Below are positions 29,197 through 38,661 of a stretch of DNA of 64,000 nucleotides, piece by piece; position 1 is the stretch's first letter, and each line of letters starts with the position of its first letter. The notes beneath the pieces are model-generated. The model saw only the letters and a list, made by a program, of their open reading frames with translations. It did not search any database and had not been told where the DNA came from. Source of the stretch: Candidatus Oxydemutator sp. Its GTDB lineage: Bacteria > Pseudomonadota > Gammaproteobacteria > Poriferisulfidales > Oxydemutatoraceae. The stretch lies in contig OZ241883.1 in the NCBI GenBank assembly GCA_965203445.1, positions 2,176,001 through 2,240,000 on the forward strand, read 5' to 3'. The position numbers and the translations under genes were made by a program.

Positions 29197-30357
29197 TCAG
29201 GTATTCAGCCCGACAACGGCGCTCCCCATCACGGCGACTTCGCTCATTCTGTTCCTCGCGGTCTCGCAGTATTCCTTCGAGACGTCTATGCCGAGGTAGC
29301 GGCGGTTGGTTTTTTTGGCGACCACGGTCGTGGTGCCGGCGCCGTTGAAGGGGTCGAGGATGAGGTCGCCCTGGAAACTGAACAAGCGTATCGCGCGGTC
29401 GGCGAGACCTTCAGGAAACATCGCCGGGTGGTTGTATTTTTTCATGTTGCGTTCCGGCGCGACCACCCATTTGCCGACGACCCATTTCTTGAACTCGTCG
29501 GCGGTGACGTCTATATGCTCGCGGTCGCCGGATTTTTTCAAATCACCCTTGCAGAAGATCTCGATGAACTCCCAGGTGTATTTCAAATACGGATTGCTCG
29601 GGCTTTTCCAGCTGCCCCAGGCCGTGTATTTGCAGTTGTAGTTGTTCTTCTCCCACAGAATCTCGCCTTTCCAAATCAGCTTTTTGGCGAGGAAATAGTT
29701 GCTGATGACGTGGTGGCTCGGAATATAGTCGGAGTACAGCGGTTGGACGTTGACGATGACGCGCCCGCCGTGCTTGAGAACGCGGATGCACTGATCGAAC
29801 ACCGCAAAAAGTCGGTCGAAGTAACTTTGCCAGTCGCGGTCGTCCGGAGATTGTTCGTAGTCGAGGCCGAAGTTGTAGGGCGGCGACGTGAAAATCAGGT
29901 CCACGCAGTTGCCCGGCAATTTTTTCAGCACCTGCGCGCCGTCGCCGCAAATAATCCTGTTCTCGTAGCGCGCCGGCAGTGGATTGTTCTCGAGCGGGTG
30001 GTCGTTGCCCTTCGCGTAGTAGAACTTGCCGCGCCGAACTTCCTTCACGGCGCGGTTTTTGACCTTGCGCTCCTTGTTGAAACCGACGTAGTTGCGCTTG
30101 CGCCCGCGGATGCCGTAACTGCCGACTTTCTCGATTGCGGCGACGACTTCGGCGAGCAGGCCGTTGCCGCCGGACAACTCCTCGGCCGATTGCCGCAGCC
30201 GCGCCACGTCCACTTCGCGCAGCAGGATGCGCACCGTGTTTCCGTCCGCCACCACGCGCAAATCCCGCTCGCGGAAGCGATGGTTGAAAACCTCGAGCAG
30301 CCCAATCTCTTTTTTGCTGAGAGATTGGTTCCGGCTGATTTGAATTTCCTTATACAT
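29197..30357 (-). CDS. Site-specific DNA methyltransferase (N4/N6, beta class) with ~130-aa N-terminal extension
   Basis: VDLIFTSPPYN precedes HPAMFP and ILDPFNGAGTT...YLGID; an upstream TTG start at 30396 is also possible. Confidence 0.92.
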   Translation of the reverse strand: MYKEIQISRNQSLSKKEIGLLEVFNHRFRERDLRVVADGNTVRILLREVDVARLRQSAEELSGGNGLLAEVVAAIEKVGSYGIRGRKRNYVGFNKERKVKNRAVKEVRRGKFYYAKGNDHPLENNPLPARYENRIICGDGAQVLKKLPGNCVDLIFTSPPYNFGLDYEQSPDDRDWQSYFDRLFAVFDQCIRVLKHGGRVIVNVQPLYSDYIPSHHVISNYFLAKKLIWKGEILWEKNNYNCKYTAWGSWKSPSNPYLKYTWEFIEIFCKGDLKKSGDREHIDVTADEFKKWVVGKWVVAPERNMKKYNHPAMFPEGLADRAIRLFSFQGDLILDPFNGAGTTTVVAKKTNRRYLGIDVSKEYCETARNRMSEVAVMGSAVVGLNT

Positions 30358-30448
30358 GATGCGTGATGCGATAATCCGAGCAGGTATTCGCGGCAAGTTG
30401 TTCCATTATATCGGGATCTGGTAATCCGTATGAGTGCCATATATGAAC

Positions 30449-30478
30449 TTGACAAATATGGGATTTATATAATATAAT
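30449..30478 (+). promoter_or_regulatory. Consensus sigma70 promoter TTGACA-N18-TATAAT for the GHKL operon; CCATAT/ATATGG inverted repeat flanks the -35
   Basis: Direct motif match in the AT-rich divergent intergenic region. Confidence 0.7.
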
Positions 30479-30517
30479 GTAGCCTTATATATCATTCTCT
30501 TATTGGGTGAAATAGCA

Positions 30518-32032
30518 ATGCCGACCAGCAAAGTCAACGTCAAAAGGTTAGTCCGCGATCTTGCAGAGATGTATCATGACGATACGTTTAACGTCGTCAT
30601 CATTGAACTGGTCGCCAATGCACTGGATGCCAAGGCAAGCAAAATTTCGCTCACCTGGGACGGCCAGAGACACATACTGGTTGTACAGGATGATGGCAAA
30701 GGGATGGATTCCGGGGATTTCGAGGAGTACCACGACTTCGCCGCTGAACTGAAAACTCGTGGGGATGGCATAGGATTCGCCGGTGTCGGTGCCAAGATCA
30801 GTTTCAATATTGCCAGCCGCGTAGTCACCAAAACCCGCCACAAAGGTCGCTTCAGGGCATCCGACTGGCGTTGGGATGGCCACGATCTCCATTGGAAGGA
30901 TATTTCAGGCGCCGACGAGGTCCAGGTACCAGGCGGACTCAATGCCGGCGGCACTCGCGTCGAAGTACACTTCAACCATAAGCAGGTCCCTGAAAACATC
31001 GGCGCTGATTACCTTGAAAACGTACTGAAACGCCATTACCTCCCGCTTTTTGCGAACGAGTTTGTGCGCTCGTACTCGGGCATGGGACTCTACCCGGGAG
31101 AGCCTAGGTTCCTAATCAACGGATCGCCAGTACAACGGAGCAATCTGTCCGACGTGGCGGCATTGGACAAGCGCCATGATTTCCCCGTCAAGGTGCGCAA
31201 GAAGATAGTCGGCTGGGGCGCGATTGGCGTTTCTGAGAAAGACTGTCCGGCAGGCCCGGACTCTTACGGGGTACTGCTCTGCACTCGCGGAAAGGTGATT
31301 ATGCCGGAAATGTTCGGACTGCCTACGGGCAGACTCGGTACAAAACTGTTCGGTATCGTCGAAATCCCCGGCCTCATTACATATCTGACCACCAACAAAT
31401 CCGGCTTGAAAAAAAGCGGTCGCGGATGCAATCAACTTCTGGCTCCCGTCCGCGAAGAATTGAAGAAATTTCTCGCCAAACACGGGGTCGCGGTTGCAGA
31501 ACCGCAGCGCAATCCACTGTCGGCGAAACTGGAACGGGAGCTGACAAAGATCGTAAAGCAGATGCCGGAGCTGCGGGATTTCCGCGGACTGCGGCGCGAA
31601 TCATCCGCCCTTCGCAAAAACGAGGACGGCGACACACCTGCCTCCCCGCAGGAACCTTCTCCCAAGATCGGCGACGACCAATCTGGCGACGGCGACGACA
31701 ACGGGAGCGACAATGGACACGGGAGCGAGTCCCGCAAGGAGGACGAGGCGGGCAAGACACGGACAAAACGCCAATCATCGCGCAGGAATCAAGGTCCTCG
31801 GGTCGCCTTTGAAAATTACCCGGACCGGAATGAAACCGCCTGGCTCAATTCCGACACCATCATCATCAACAGCGGACACCCGGCCTATTGTCGCCAAACC
31901 ACACAAAGCCAGGCAAAACTAACCTACTGCATGTTCGCCATCGGCGTCGCATTAGACAAGGCCAACCTCGTTGAATCTGACAATGACACCAGCTATGTGG
32001 ACCGGTTGATCACAGCCTGGGGTCAGTTGTGA
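30518..32032 (+). CDS. GHKL (HATPase_c, MORC/MutL-like) ATPase
   Basis: IIELVANALDA, QDDGKGMD, GFAGVGAK, GTRVEV motifs; acidic linker; C-terminal IIINSGHPAY. Confidence 0.85.
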   Translation: MPTSKVNVKRLVRDLAEMYHDDTFNVVIIELVANALDAKASKISLTWDGQRHILVVQDDGKGMDSGDFEEYHDFAAELKTRGDGIGFAGVGAKISFNIASRVVTKTRHKGRFRASDWRWDGHDLHWKDISGADEVQVPGGLNAGGTRVEVHFNHKQVPENIGADYLENVLKRHYLPLFANEFVRSYSGMGLYPGEPRFLINGSPVQRSNLSDVAALDKRHDFPVKVRKKIVGWGAIGVSEKDCPAGPDSYGVLLCTRGKVIMPEMFGLPTGRLGTKLFGIVEIPGLITYLTTNKSGLKKSGRGCNQLLAPVREELKKFLAKHGVAVAEPQRNPLSAKLERELTKIVKQMPELRDFRGLRRESSALRKNEDGDTPASPQEPSPKIGDDQSGDGDDNGSDNGHGSESRKEDEAGKTRTKRQSSRRNQGPRVAFENYPDRNETAWLNSDTIIINSGHPAYCRQTTQSQAKLTYCMFAIGVALDKANLVESDNDTSYVDRLITAWGQL

Positions 32033-32508
32033 CCGGCAGTAAAGAGCGTTGTGCCGCCGTCACTTTCAAAAAACGCGGAAGCACGTATCGGGGAACGGTG
32101 TTTCTTAGCAATCTCGCCCTGCTCCGCAACGATCCCGCTGAAACGATGCGCGAGGTGACGACCATCTATCGAAAAGCGATGGCGGACGTGCGATGCTGGC
32201 AAAGCGACGTCAACGCATTGCGCCAATCCAGGGTACCTTTATCTGCCCGAAAAGCCTGGGAGCTGGGAGACATTCTGCACAGATTGAAGACGGACCTCGC
32301 AAAACGCAGATGCCGCCTGGATGGCCTCTACGACCATCTGCAACGGCACATCGGGCTCGCTCCCAGGCGCGCAAGCAGTTTCGTGACCTTTCGCAGGTAC
32401 GTGAAGGATCCCGCTTCCATACCTGAAAACCTCAAATGGCACAGCATGGAAAAGACCGCGAAATTGTCCAGCCGGGGCATTGCCGCCAATCCGTCGTCGA
32501 GGCAATAG
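32029..32508 (+). CDS. Hypothetical helical protein, possibly DUF1016_N-like
   Basis: GTG start overlaps the ATPase stop; WELGDIL...L..HIGL...F.RY...LKWH pattern. Confidence 0.6.
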   Translation: MTGSKERCAAVTFKKRGSTYRGTVFLSNLALLRNDPAETMREVTTIYRKAMADVRCWQSDVNALRQSRVPLSARKAWELGDILHRLKTDLAKRRCRLDGLYDHLQRHIGLAPRRASSFVTFRRYVKDPASIPENLKWHSMEKTAKLSSRGIAANPSSRQ

Positions 32509-32510
32509 CG

Positions 32511-34076
32511 ATGTCGGACGCACTGGGACTACTAATTGACAAGGTGATCCAAAAACTGGCTGACCAACCTTGGCGGCTGAGGGGCACGTCTGCATCCCGC
32601 ATCAACAAAGCAATCGAAGCGCTGGCCGGCCAACGAGCCGTGTTCTCGACCATGGACATCGCCACTTATGCCGATTTGGAGCAGGTGGGCGACGCTATAA
32701 AAAACGCCGTCCACGCATATTGCGAAAATCGAATCATCGTGTGTTCCGAGCAACAAAACAACGCGGCGTCCCGCCGCCGCTATCTGGGCACCCGCGTAGT
32801 CAGGCAATGGTGGATCGGTCTGACGAAGCGATTGGTCGAATTGGGGGACGTGAATTTCCTGACAAAAAACCAACTCGCCGCCACGATGTCTCTCGCGTTC
32901 AGAGCTTCTCCGCCGTGGAACACCCCTCCCCAAAACCTGCTGAACATCGGACACCGGTGGGCCATGGTCGCCGCCGGCCACAAACCAGGCACTTTTGTAT
33001 TTCCGTGGGCAATAATCCTGCGTGCCTACCCTCAGGCAAAAGGTTGGTTTCGCTTGAATTTCGCCGACGAGAAACGGCTGTTGCAATTAAGGGAATTATC
33101 CCTTGAGAGCGTGCTGGACAAAGCTCTGGAAACTTTGGACTCGCGGGAAGCCGAGGTGGTCCGCAGCCATTTCGGCATAAACACGGATCGTTCGACGTTG
33201 GATAAGATCGGCAAACAGTACGACGTCACCAGGGAACGCATCCGCCAAATTGAAAAAGAGGCCCTGGCCAAACTGCGTCACCACGTATGGCCCGGGTTTG
33301 CAGCTGATTTTGTCACATCCAAAGGATCATTATTGATTCCTTATCCGCTATCACCGCACTATAAACTGCTTGTCCGCTGCACCGATCTGAATATCACCGA
33401 TCTCCTGGAACTCAAAAAACTCTGTGTCATTGACATCGGACGTGAAACCAATTACCAAGATCTTTCTATCTTTCCCCGTGCCGATGCCGTGCGCATAAAT
33501 GAAATCAGAGAACAACGTCTATACAGACTAGGCACCCGTTCAAGACCGCAAATGTTGTTCGTGGCCCTGCGCTCATTAGGCCGTGCCGCGCATTACGAAG
33601 AAATAGCGCAATGGTGCAATCAGCGATTTCCAGAGAGGCAGTGCTCTATACAAAACTGGCACGTCGCGCTTTCACGCTGCGCAAAAGACGAAACTTCCGG
33701 CATCGTATGGATAGGGGCAAAAGGGAAGTATGGCCTCAAAGAACACGGCTACTCCCGCCCAAAAACGAGTCTGCATGACGCCGTCGCCCGGATCGTCAAG
33801 GACATCTACGCTGAGAAAAAGACCCCGGTGCCGCGTGAGACCGTGGTACGCGAACTGCGCAAGCAACGCAGAGAACTGAACCCGAACAGTGTCGGTATAG
33901 CGCTTAATCTCAACGACAGATTGGAAACCACGCCGAACGGCTATATCCCGAAAGCGGGTATTTCCGAAGCGCCACCCGATATCCCCCGCTCCCGGCGGTA
34001 CGACGTCGCCGCCGGCTTCAGGGCATTTGCCACTGCCGAGAACGGCAACGATCAACCAACCGGAACCGAGAAATAA
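32511..34076 (+). CDS. Sigma70 region-4 HTH plus HARE-type winged-helix protein
   Basis: LDSREAEVVRSHFG...TLDKIGKQYDVTRERIRQIEKEALAKLR; then L.SLGR..HYEEI...ALSR...VWIG.KG.YGL.E.G; no sigma region 2. Confidence 0.75.
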   Translation: MSDALGLLIDKVIQKLADQPWRLRGTSASRINKAIEALAGQRAVFSTMDIATYADLEQVGDAIKNAVHAYCENRIIVCSEQQNNAASRRRYLGTRVVRQWWIGLTKRLVELGDVNFLTKNQLAATMSLAFRASPPWNTPPQNLLNIGHRWAMVAAGHKPGTFVFPWAIILRAYPQAKGWFRLNFADEKRLLQLRELSLESVLDKALETLDSREAEVVRSHFGINTDRSTLDKIGKQYDVTRERIRQIEKEALAKLRHHVWPGFAADFVTSKGSLLIPYPLSPHYKLLVRCTDLNITDLLELKKLCVIDIGRETNYQDLSIFPRADAVRINEIREQRLYRLGTRSRPQMLFVALRSLGRAAHYEEIAQWCNQRFPERQCSIQNWHVALSRCAKDETSGIVWIGAKGKYGLKEHGYSRPKTSLHDAVARIVKDIYAEKKTPVPRETVVRELRKQRRELNPNSVGIALNLNDRLETTPNGYIPKAGISEAPPDIPRSRRYDVAAGFRAFATAENGNDQPTGTEK

Positions 34077-34171
34077 ATAGCAACCGTGAGCAGAAATCCG
34101 TTTTACCTCCTATCCTTTATTTCTCTCCCGAAGGAGGATGGTGTACAAGGCACTCTTCTCATAGACGGCGG

Positions 34172-34200
34172 TTGCCACCAGCCGCCGGTTCGGGCATAAT
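34172..34200 (+). promoter_or_regulatory. Putative sigma70 promoter of the serine-cycle operon (TTGCCA-N17-CATAAT)
   Basis: Motif match about 85 nt upstream of sga. Confidence 0.5.
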
Positions 34201-34286
34201 CGCTGCCCTCTCGGGCGCCCGGGCGCGGCGCGGTTGCCGAGATTCAGACGAACCCAACCACAGCTGAATACAGCAAGGAACCAACT

Positions 34287-35543
34287 ATGCCAGGACGCAA
34301 TTTCCTATTCGTACCGGGTCCGACCAACATTCCCGTCGCGATCCAAAACGCGATGAACATTCCGCAGGAGGACCACCGCCGACCCGATTTTCACAAACTG
34401 ACCAAGCCCCTGATCACCGACGTCAACAAGGTCTTCAAGACCAGGAGCGGGCGTTCGTTTCTGTTTCCGGCGACCGGCACCGCGGGTTGGGAAGTCGCGC
34501 TCGCCAACACGATGTCGCCGGGCGACAAGGTGCTGACGTCGCGTTTCGGCCAGTTCAGCCACCTGTGGTGGGACCTGGCGGTGCGCATCGGCCTCGACGT
34601 CGAGACGATAGACGTGCCGTGGGGCGAGGGCGTGCCGGTCGAGAAGTTCCGCCGCCGCCTCGAGCGCGACAAGAAGCACGAGATCAAGGGCGTGCTGGTG
34701 TGCCACAACGAGACCGCGACCGGCGTTACCAGCGACGTCGCCGGACTGCGCAACGCGATGGACTCGGTCAAGCACCCGGCGATGCTGTTCGTGGACGGCG
34801 TAAGCTCGATTGCCAGCATTGATTTCCGAATGGACGAATGGGGCGTGGACGTCGCCGTCAGCGGCTCGCAAAAAGGCTTCATGCTGCCGGCGGGCATGGC
34901 CATCGTGTGTTTCAGCCGCCGCGCGCTGGCTGCCAGAAAACGCGCCAAATGCGCGCGCTGCTTCTTGGACATTCAGGACCATATCAACGCCAACAAGGAC
35001 GGTTTCTTTCCGTACACGCCGTCCATCCCGCTGCTGCACGGGCTGAAGAAATCGCTCGAAATACTGCTCGTCGAGGAGGGCCTGGAAAACATCTTCAAAC
35101 GCCACCACCGCCTGGCCGAAGGCGTGCGCCGCGCGATTGCGGCGTGGGGTTTGAGGCCGGTGGCGAAGAAGCCGGCGTGGTATTCGGACACGGTCACCGC
35201 GATCCGCGTGCCGGCGCGCTGCGACGCGCGCGACGTCATGGACTACGCCTACCACCGCTACAACGTCTCGTTGGGCGCCGGCCTGTCGGTGCTGGCGGGC
35301 AAGGCGTTTCGCATCGGCCACCTGGGCGATCACAACGAGACCTCGGTGCTGGCGTGCCTGGCCGGAACCGAAATGGCGCTGCGCGACGCCGGGCTGCGCG
35401 TCATCCCGGGCGTCGGCGTCGGCGCCGCTCTCGAGTACTACCGCAAGACCGCGGCGCCGATGAGGGTCAAGCTGACGACCGAGAAGATGACAACCGCGAG
35501 CAAGGGCAAGGGCACCAAAAAAGGCGCCATCGTGCGGCGCTGA
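34287..35543 (+). CDS. sgaA: Serine-glyoxylate aminotransferase
   Basis: GRNFLFVPGPTN, HNETATGV, DGVSS, SGSQKGFMLP, FPYTP, FRIGHLG. Confidence 0.9.
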   Translation: MPGRNFLFVPGPTNIPVAIQNAMNIPQEDHRRPDFHKLTKPLITDVNKVFKTRSGRSFLFPATGTAGWEVALANTMSPGDKVLTSRFGQFSHLWWDLAVRIGLDVETIDVPWGEGVPVEKFRRRLERDKKHEIKGVLVCHNETATGVTSDVAGLRNAMDSVKHPAMLFVDGVSSIASIDFRMDEWGVDVAVSGSQKGFMLPAGMAIVCFSRRALAARKRAKCARCFLDIQDHINANKDGFFPYTPSIPLLHGLKKSLEILLVEEGLENIFKRHHRLAEGVRRAIAAWGLRPVAKKPAWYSDTVTAIRVPARCDARDVMDYAYHRYNVSLGAGLSVLAGKAFRIGHLGDHNETSVLACLAGTEMALRDAGLRVIPGVGVGAALEYYRKTAAPMRVKLTTEKMTTASKGKGTKKGAIVRR

Positions 35544-35551
35544 GGCGAGCG

Positions 35552-36499
35552 ATGAGCCATACACGCTTTGAGCCTGCGAAGGCGCGCCTGCAACGCAGCG
35601 AACTCGCGGTGCCGGGATCGAACCCGCGCATGATCGAAAAAGCGCTCGCGTGCGCCGCCGACTACGTGTTCCTCGATCTCGAGGACGCGGTCGCGCCCGA
35701 CGACAAGGAGCAGGCGCGCAAGAACGTCATCGAGGCGCTGAACGATCTCGACTGGAAAAACTCCGGCAAGACGGTGTCGGTGCGCATCAACGGCCTCGAC
35801 ACGCATTACATGTACCGCGACGTCGTCGACGTGATCGAGCAGGCCGGCCGCAATCTCGACACGATCCTGGTGCCGAAGGTCGGCGTGCCGGACGACCTCT
35901 ACACCGTGGACGTCCTGGTCACGCAGATCGAGGAGGCCAAAGGCATCGAGCATCGAATCGGCCTGGAAGCGTTGATCGAGACCGCGCTCGGCATGGCCAA
36001 CGTCGAGCGCATCGCGGCCGCGCGCGGCACGCGCCTCGAGGCGTTGCATTTCGGCGTCGCCGATTACGCCGCCAGCAACCGCGCGCGCACCGTCAACATC
36101 GGCGGCTTGAACCCCGACTACCCGGGCGACCAGTGGCACGCCGCGATCACGCGCATGACGGTCGCCTGCCGCGCCTTCGGCCTGCGCCCGATAGACGGGC
36201 CGTTCGGCGACTTCAACGACGCCGACGGCTACACGCTGGCGGCGAAGCGCGGCGCGGCGCTCGGCATCGAGGGCAAGTGGGCGATACACCCGTCGCAGAT
36301 CGCGCTCGCAAACGACGTATTTTCGCCGCCCGCGTCCGAGGTCGAAAAAGCGCGCCGCATCCTCGAGGAACTCGCAAAAGCCGCGCGCGAAGGGCGCGGG
36401 GCGGCGTCGCTCGACGGCAGGATGATAGACGCGGCGTCGGCGCGCATGGCCGAGAACGTCGTCAACATGGCCGCGGCAATCGAGGCGAAACAAGGCTGA
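35552..36499 (+). CDS. mcl: Malyl-CoA/beta-methylmalyl-CoA lyase
   Basis: RLQRSELAVPGSN, LDLEDAVAP, RINGLDTHYMYRDVV, GKWAIHPSQ. Confidence 0.92.
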   Translation: MSHTRFEPAKARLQRSELAVPGSNPRMIEKALACAADYVFLDLEDAVAPDDKEQARKNVIEALNDLDWKNSGKTVSVRINGLDTHYMYRDVVDVIEQAGRNLDTILVPKVGVPDDLYTVDVLVTQIEEAKGIEHRIGLEALIETALGMANVERIAAARGTRLEALHFGVADYAASNRARTVNIGGLNPDYPGDQWHAAITRMTVACRAFGLRPIDGPFGDFNDADGYTLAAKRGAALGIEGKWAIHPSQIALANDVFSPPASEVEKARRILEELAKAAREGRGAASLDGRMIDAASARMAENVVNMAAAIEAKQG

Positions 36500-36562
36500 T
36501 CGAAGCGCGACATTCTCATCCCAGCCCCATTCCAAAGGAAGCAGGGAGAATACGGAGGAACC

Positions 36563-37741
36563 ATGGACATCCACGAATACCAGGCGAAGGAAATCCTGCA
36601 GAAATACGGCGTCAAGACCGCCCCCGGCAAGCTCGCCTACAGCCCGGCGCAGGCGGTCACCTGCTATCGCCAGATCGGCACGCCGACCTGTGTCGTCAAG
36701 GCGCAGATCCATTCCGGCGCGCGCGGCAAGGCCGGCGGCGTCAAGCTGTGTTCGAGCGAGGACGAGGTGCAGAAAGCCACCAACCAGATGATCGGCACGC
36801 GCCTGGTGACGATCCAGACCGGGCCGCAGGGCAAGATCGTCGAGAAGGTCTATATCGAGGCCGGCACCGAGATCGGGCGCGAACTCTACCTGGCCTTCGT
36901 GCTCGACCGCGCCACCGAGCGCATCGTCGCGATCGCCTCGGGCGTCGGCGGCATCGGCATAGAGGAACTCGCCGCCGAACACCCACAGTCCATCGTGCGC
37001 ATCCCGATAGACCCGGCCGTGGATCTGCGGCGTTTTCAGGCGGCCGAGATCGCGTTCGCGCTCGAGATGCCGAAGAACCTGCTGAACGCCGCGATCAATA
37101 CGATCACCGGTTGCTACCGTGCGTTCGTCAAGTCGGACGCGAGCCTGGTCGAGGTCAATCCGCTGGTCATCACCAAGAACCAGGAGCAACTGATCGCGCT
37201 CGACGCCAAGATGATCGTGGACGACAACGCGCTGTTCAAGCACCCGGAGATCTCGGAGATGCGCGACAAGTCGCAGGAGGACGCGCGCGAGACCAGGGCC
37301 TCCGACCACGACCTCAGCTACGTCGGCTTGGACGGCAACATCGGCTGTATGATCAACGGCGCCGGACTTGCGATGGCGACGATGGACATGATCAAGCACG
37401 CCGGTGGCGAACCGGCCAACTTTCTCGACATCGGCGGCGGTGCGTCGCCGGAACGGGTCACCAAGGCGTTCGAGCTGGTGCTCGAGGACAAGAACGTCAA
37501 GGCGATGCTGGTCAACATCTACGCCGGCATCAACCGCTGCGACTGGATCGCCGAGGGCCTGATCAAGGCGGTGCGCGCGATAGACCTGAAGGTGCCGCTG
37601 GTGGTGCGCCTGTCCGGCACCAACGTCGAGGTCGGGCGCGAAATGCTGAAGGAGAGCGGTCTGCCGATACTCTCGGCCGACACCCTGGGCGAGGCCGCGC
37701 ACATGGCCGTCGAGGCCGCCGGCAAAGCCGCGTCCAAATAA
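36563..37741 (+). CDS. mtkA: Malate-CoA ligase (malate thiokinase) beta subunit, SucC-like
   Basis: MDIHEYQAKE, KAQIHSGARGKAGG, NGAGLAMATMD, GINRCDWIA; context next to mcl. Confidence 0.88.
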   Translation: MDIHEYQAKEILQKYGVKTAPGKLAYSPAQAVTCYRQIGTPTCVVKAQIHSGARGKAGGVKLCSSEDEVQKATNQMIGTRLVTIQTGPQGKIVEKVYIEAGTEIGRELYLAFVLDRATERIVAIASGVGGIGIEELAAEHPQSIVRIPIDPAVDLRRFQAAEIAFALEMPKNLLNAAINTITGCYRAFVKSDASLVEVNPLVITKNQEQLIALDAKMIVDDNALFKHPEISEMRDKSQEDARETRASDHDLSYVGLDGNIGCMINGAGLAMATMDMIKHAGGEPANFLDIGGGASPERVTKAFELVLEDKNVKAMLVNIYAGINRCDWIAEGLIKAVRAIDLKVPLVVRLSGTNVEVGREMLKESGLPILSADTLGEAAHMAVEAAGKAASK

Positions 37742-37763
37742 GGTCACACCGGAGAACGACATC

Positions 37764-38651
37764 ATGGCGATACTGTTAGACGAAAAAACCAGGGTCATCG
37801 TGCAGGGTTTCACCGGCAGGATCGGCACCTTCCACGCGCAGGAAATGCTCGAATACGGCACCCGCATCGTCGGCGGCGTCACGCCCGGCAAAGGCGGCAC
37901 CGAGCACCTGGACAAACCGGTGTTCAACACGGTCAAGGAGGCGGTCGCCGAGACCGGCGCCCAGGCCAGCGTGATGTTCGTGCCGGCCGCGGCCGCGGCC
38001 GACTCGATCATGGAGGCCGCCGACGGCGGCATACGCTATTGCGTCGCGATCACCGACGGCATACCGGCGCTTGACATGATGCGCGTCAAGCGCTTCATGC
38101 GCCGCTACCGCCGGGAGAAGAAAATGGTGTTGACCGGCCCCAACTGCGCCGGCACCATCAGCCCCGGCAAGGCCATGTTGGGCATCATGCCGGGCCACAT
38201 CTACAAGGCCGGGCACGTCGGCGTCGTCGCCCGCTCCGGAACCCTCGGCTACGAGGCGGCGTCGCAGATGAAAGCCGCCGGCATCGGCATCTCTACCAGC
38301 GTCGGCATCGGCGGCGACCCGATCAACGGCAGCTCGCACCGCGACGTCCTCGAGATGTTCGAGTGCGACCCCCAGACCCGGGCGGTGATGATGATCGGCG
38401 AGATCGGCGGCCCGCAGGAGGCCGAAGCCGCCGACTACATCCGTCGCTACATGACCAAGCCGGTGGTCGCCTACGTTGCCGGGCTGACCGCGCCCAAGGG
38501 GCGGCGCATGGGGCACGCCGGCGCCATCGTCTCGGGCAAGGGCGAGAGCGCCGCCGAGAAGACCGAAATCCTGAAGGCCGCGGGCGTCGCGATCGCGCCC
38601 AACCCGTCGGAACTGGGCTCGACCATGGCCGAGGTTCTACAGAAACAATAG
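37764..38651 (+). CDS. mtkB: Malate-CoA ligase alpha subunit, SucD-like
   Basis: VQGFTG, GGVTPGKGG, GPNCAG, RSGTLGYEA, RMGHAGA. Confidence 0.88.
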   Translation: MAILLDEKTRVIVQGFTGRIGTFHAQEMLEYGTRIVGGVTPGKGGTEHLDKPVFNTVKEAVAETGAQASVMFVPAAAAADSIMEAADGGIRYCVAITDGIPALDMMRVKRFMRRYRREKKMVLTGPNCAGTISPGKAMLGIMPGHIYKAGHVGVVARSGTLGYEAASQMKAAGIGISTSVGIGGDPINGSSHRDVLEMFECDPQTRAVMMIGEIGGPQEAEAADYIRRYMTKPVVAYVAGLTAPKGRRMGHAGAIVSGKGESAAEKTEILKAAGVAIAPNPSELGSTMAEVLQKQ

Positions 38652-38661
38652 GAACAACATC

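Noticed and set aside
32511-34076. A true sigma factor (RpoD-like)
   Set aside because: Only region 4 is recognisable; region 2 motifs are absent.
36563-38651. Ordinary TCA-cycle sucCD
   Set aside because: Context with mcl and sga, and motifs such as HSGARGKAGG and GINRCDW, favour malate thiokinase; not fully excluded.
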